NCBI GenBank assembly: GCA_008632985.1
Contig: QPGO01000173.1
Coordinates: forward strand, 1 to 64,000
Length of the DNA: 64,000 nucleotides
Source of the DNA: Psammoneis japonica
Lineage: Eukaryota
Reading direction: 5' to 3'
In this document: positions 62,470-64,000 of the stretch, in pieces
Layout of the letters: the number at the start of each line of letters is the position of its first letter
Numbering within the stretch: position 1 is the first letter of the stretch
The notes under the pieces: generated by a model
Databases searched by the model: none
The model's input: only the letters and a program-made list of their open reading frames with translations
What the model was told of the DNA's origin: nothing
Program-made: the position numbers and the translations under genes

Positions 62470-62976
62470 CCAACAAGTGCACGGCATGGAAGATATCGTG
62501 TTTTCCTTTTCCTACAAGGCAACCAGTTTGCTGTTCTACTTGTATAGCTGACCCTCGACTCCTGGCCTCCAAAGAAATAGAAACCCTTATTTTGAGGTTG
62601 CTCACGGGACTTGCAGACTAGCATCTCTGCGCGGTCCTTGTTGAAAAAGGTCAGGTATCAGCCATATTCGGGACTTCTGTCTTTTAAGTTACACGCAGCA
62701 GTGCATTTGTCTACTTTACATTACATTCGACTGCGTTCGGAGACACAACATTCGTGTTTGACACTACTTTGATGGCCAAAACAGCCTCCACTATCCTCAT
62801 GGACTGTGTTTGAGAAATGCTTGCCATGCACTCGTTTGCTTGTCACGGGCTCACCGGCAACCGAAAATGGTCCCAGCTAATCACAGAAACTCTTCGGGGC
62901 TTGCGACTTCGCACCTAATTCAGGTACACCTCCCAGAACTCCGCTGTCTGCCTTTGCAGCAGCGGCGGCTGCAGCC

Positions 62977-63155
62977 GATCAAAGAAGAGACAATCGTCTC
63001 CTACAATGATGACGCTTAGTGGCTATACTGCAACTCAGGCCGCAGCCAGCACGAGTCCAAGCCACCGATAAAAGAAGAGACAACCGTCTCCTACAATGAG
63101 GATGCGCAGTTGCTATACTGTAACTCAGGCCGTAGCTAGCAAGAGTCCAAGCCAC
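62977..63155 (+). repeat. Tandem duplication, ~90-bp unit x2
   Basis: aaagaagagacaa.cgtctcctacaatga...gctatactg.aactcaggccg.agc.agca.gagtccaagcca occurs twice. Confidence 0.9.
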
Positions 63156-63266
63156 ACAAAAAAAGGATTCGAGAAGAAGACACAGCAGTTTTCTTTCTCA
63201 GCGTACAGTAGAATGAAAATGCGAATGCTTATAAATCAATGAAAAGTACACTTTAAGCTAAAAGTG

Positions 63267-64000
63267 TCATTCGAAACCGCGCACGAACATATTGTTGCCG
63301 CCCTCATCTCTCCCAGAGCTGGGCCACTTCAACAAAAGGTTCGAACCTGGCCGAGATGGTGAGCCCTGAGCCAATGCCAGTTCATTCGAACTTAATTTGT
63401 GTACGAACGCCCCGCATCCCCTCTCTGAATGATTCATAGCCTGGGCTCGAAACGGGTTCCCATCATTTAGGTTTGAATTAACTCCAATCAGCAAAATGTC
63501 TGGTGTTGGATTCAGAGGTGGTAACCATCCTTCGACCTTCACCGTGGAATTAATGTAGAGACTCGGATCAAACCTTCCGGCACAGTAATTTTCTTCGAAA
63601 CTGCCTCGGTGATCTGTTTGGATGACATAAACGTCCATAAGTCCGTCTCCATTCACATCCAGAACCTCCAAATCTGGAGAGGTGAACGGAAGCATCATTT
63701 CATAGTATGGCTGAACCATGTCAAAATATGGCTTGTCTTTCCCCAATCCGCGGAATATCTTTAATCTCTGGTTGCGAGAATATCCGACAACAGACACTAG
63801 GTCCAGCACACCGTCCCCGGTCACGTCGGCGATACGGGCGCTTCGCATACTCTTGGAGCGGGGCAGATAGTATCTAGAAAATCGATTCTTTTTTTTCTGT
63901 ATCAGGATAGATGATCGTTGATTAGTTCTTGAGCAAAACAGCAAGTCATCCAAACCGTCGCTGTTAAAATCGGCAACTACAACTCGAGACAGCTTGACTT
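63267..64000 (-). CDS. FG-GAP/VCBS-repeat protein, C-terminal part (start lies outside the window)
   Basis: ADFNSDGLDDL, ADVTGDGVLDL, LDVNGDGLMDV; frame open to the window end. Confidence 0.8.
   Translation of the reverse strand, partial: VKLSRVVVADFNSDGLDDLLFCSRTNQRSSILIQKKKNRFSRYYLPRSKSMRSARIADVTGDGVLDLVSVVGYSRNQRLKIFRGLGKDKPYFDMVQPYYEMMLPFTSPDLEVLDVNGDGLMDVYVIQTDHRGSFEENYCAGRFDPSLYINSTVKVEGWLPPLNPTPDILLIGVNSNLNDGNPFRAQAMNHSERGCGAFVHKLSSNELALAQGSPSRPGSNLLLKWPSSGRDEGGNNMFVRGFE

Noticed and set aside
62977..63155. Possible CRISPR-like repeats (also 58883-59281)
   Set aside because: Only two long adjacent units, no spacers, no cas genes, eukaryotic context.

Overview
Eukaryotic genomic DNA, most likely from a pennate diatom. 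This is inferred from short GT-AG introns, signal peptide+AF targeting motifs, PGAY/PT-repeat membrane proteins and diatom-style LRR proteins. Gene-dense stretches carry an FG-GAP membrane protein, amino acid transporter, Asp/Asn beta-hydroxylase, sulfotransferase-like protein, LRR protein, SUMF2-like FGE protein, two GLUG/HYR-like paralogs, GH18, GCVT, XAP5/FAM50, a micro-exon Cys-rich repeat gene, MYND-Sel1, an M43 protease and a VCBS protein. They alternate with three decayed transposon islands (~2.7-4.9 kb, ~23.0-38.8 kb with a 500-N gap, ~50.2-53.9 kb). The main signal is that TpA is almost erased in these islands and replaced by TpG/CpA, so Tyr codons of recognisable transposon motifs systematically read Cys or His. 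This runs opposite to fungal RIP, is partly uncoupled from CpG loss, spares YTAR contexts, and spares a neighbouring RLE retrotransposon and duplicated host genes. It suggests a transposon-targeted A-to-G hypermutation (genome-defence) process. All composition statements are by eye; no counts or database searches were run.
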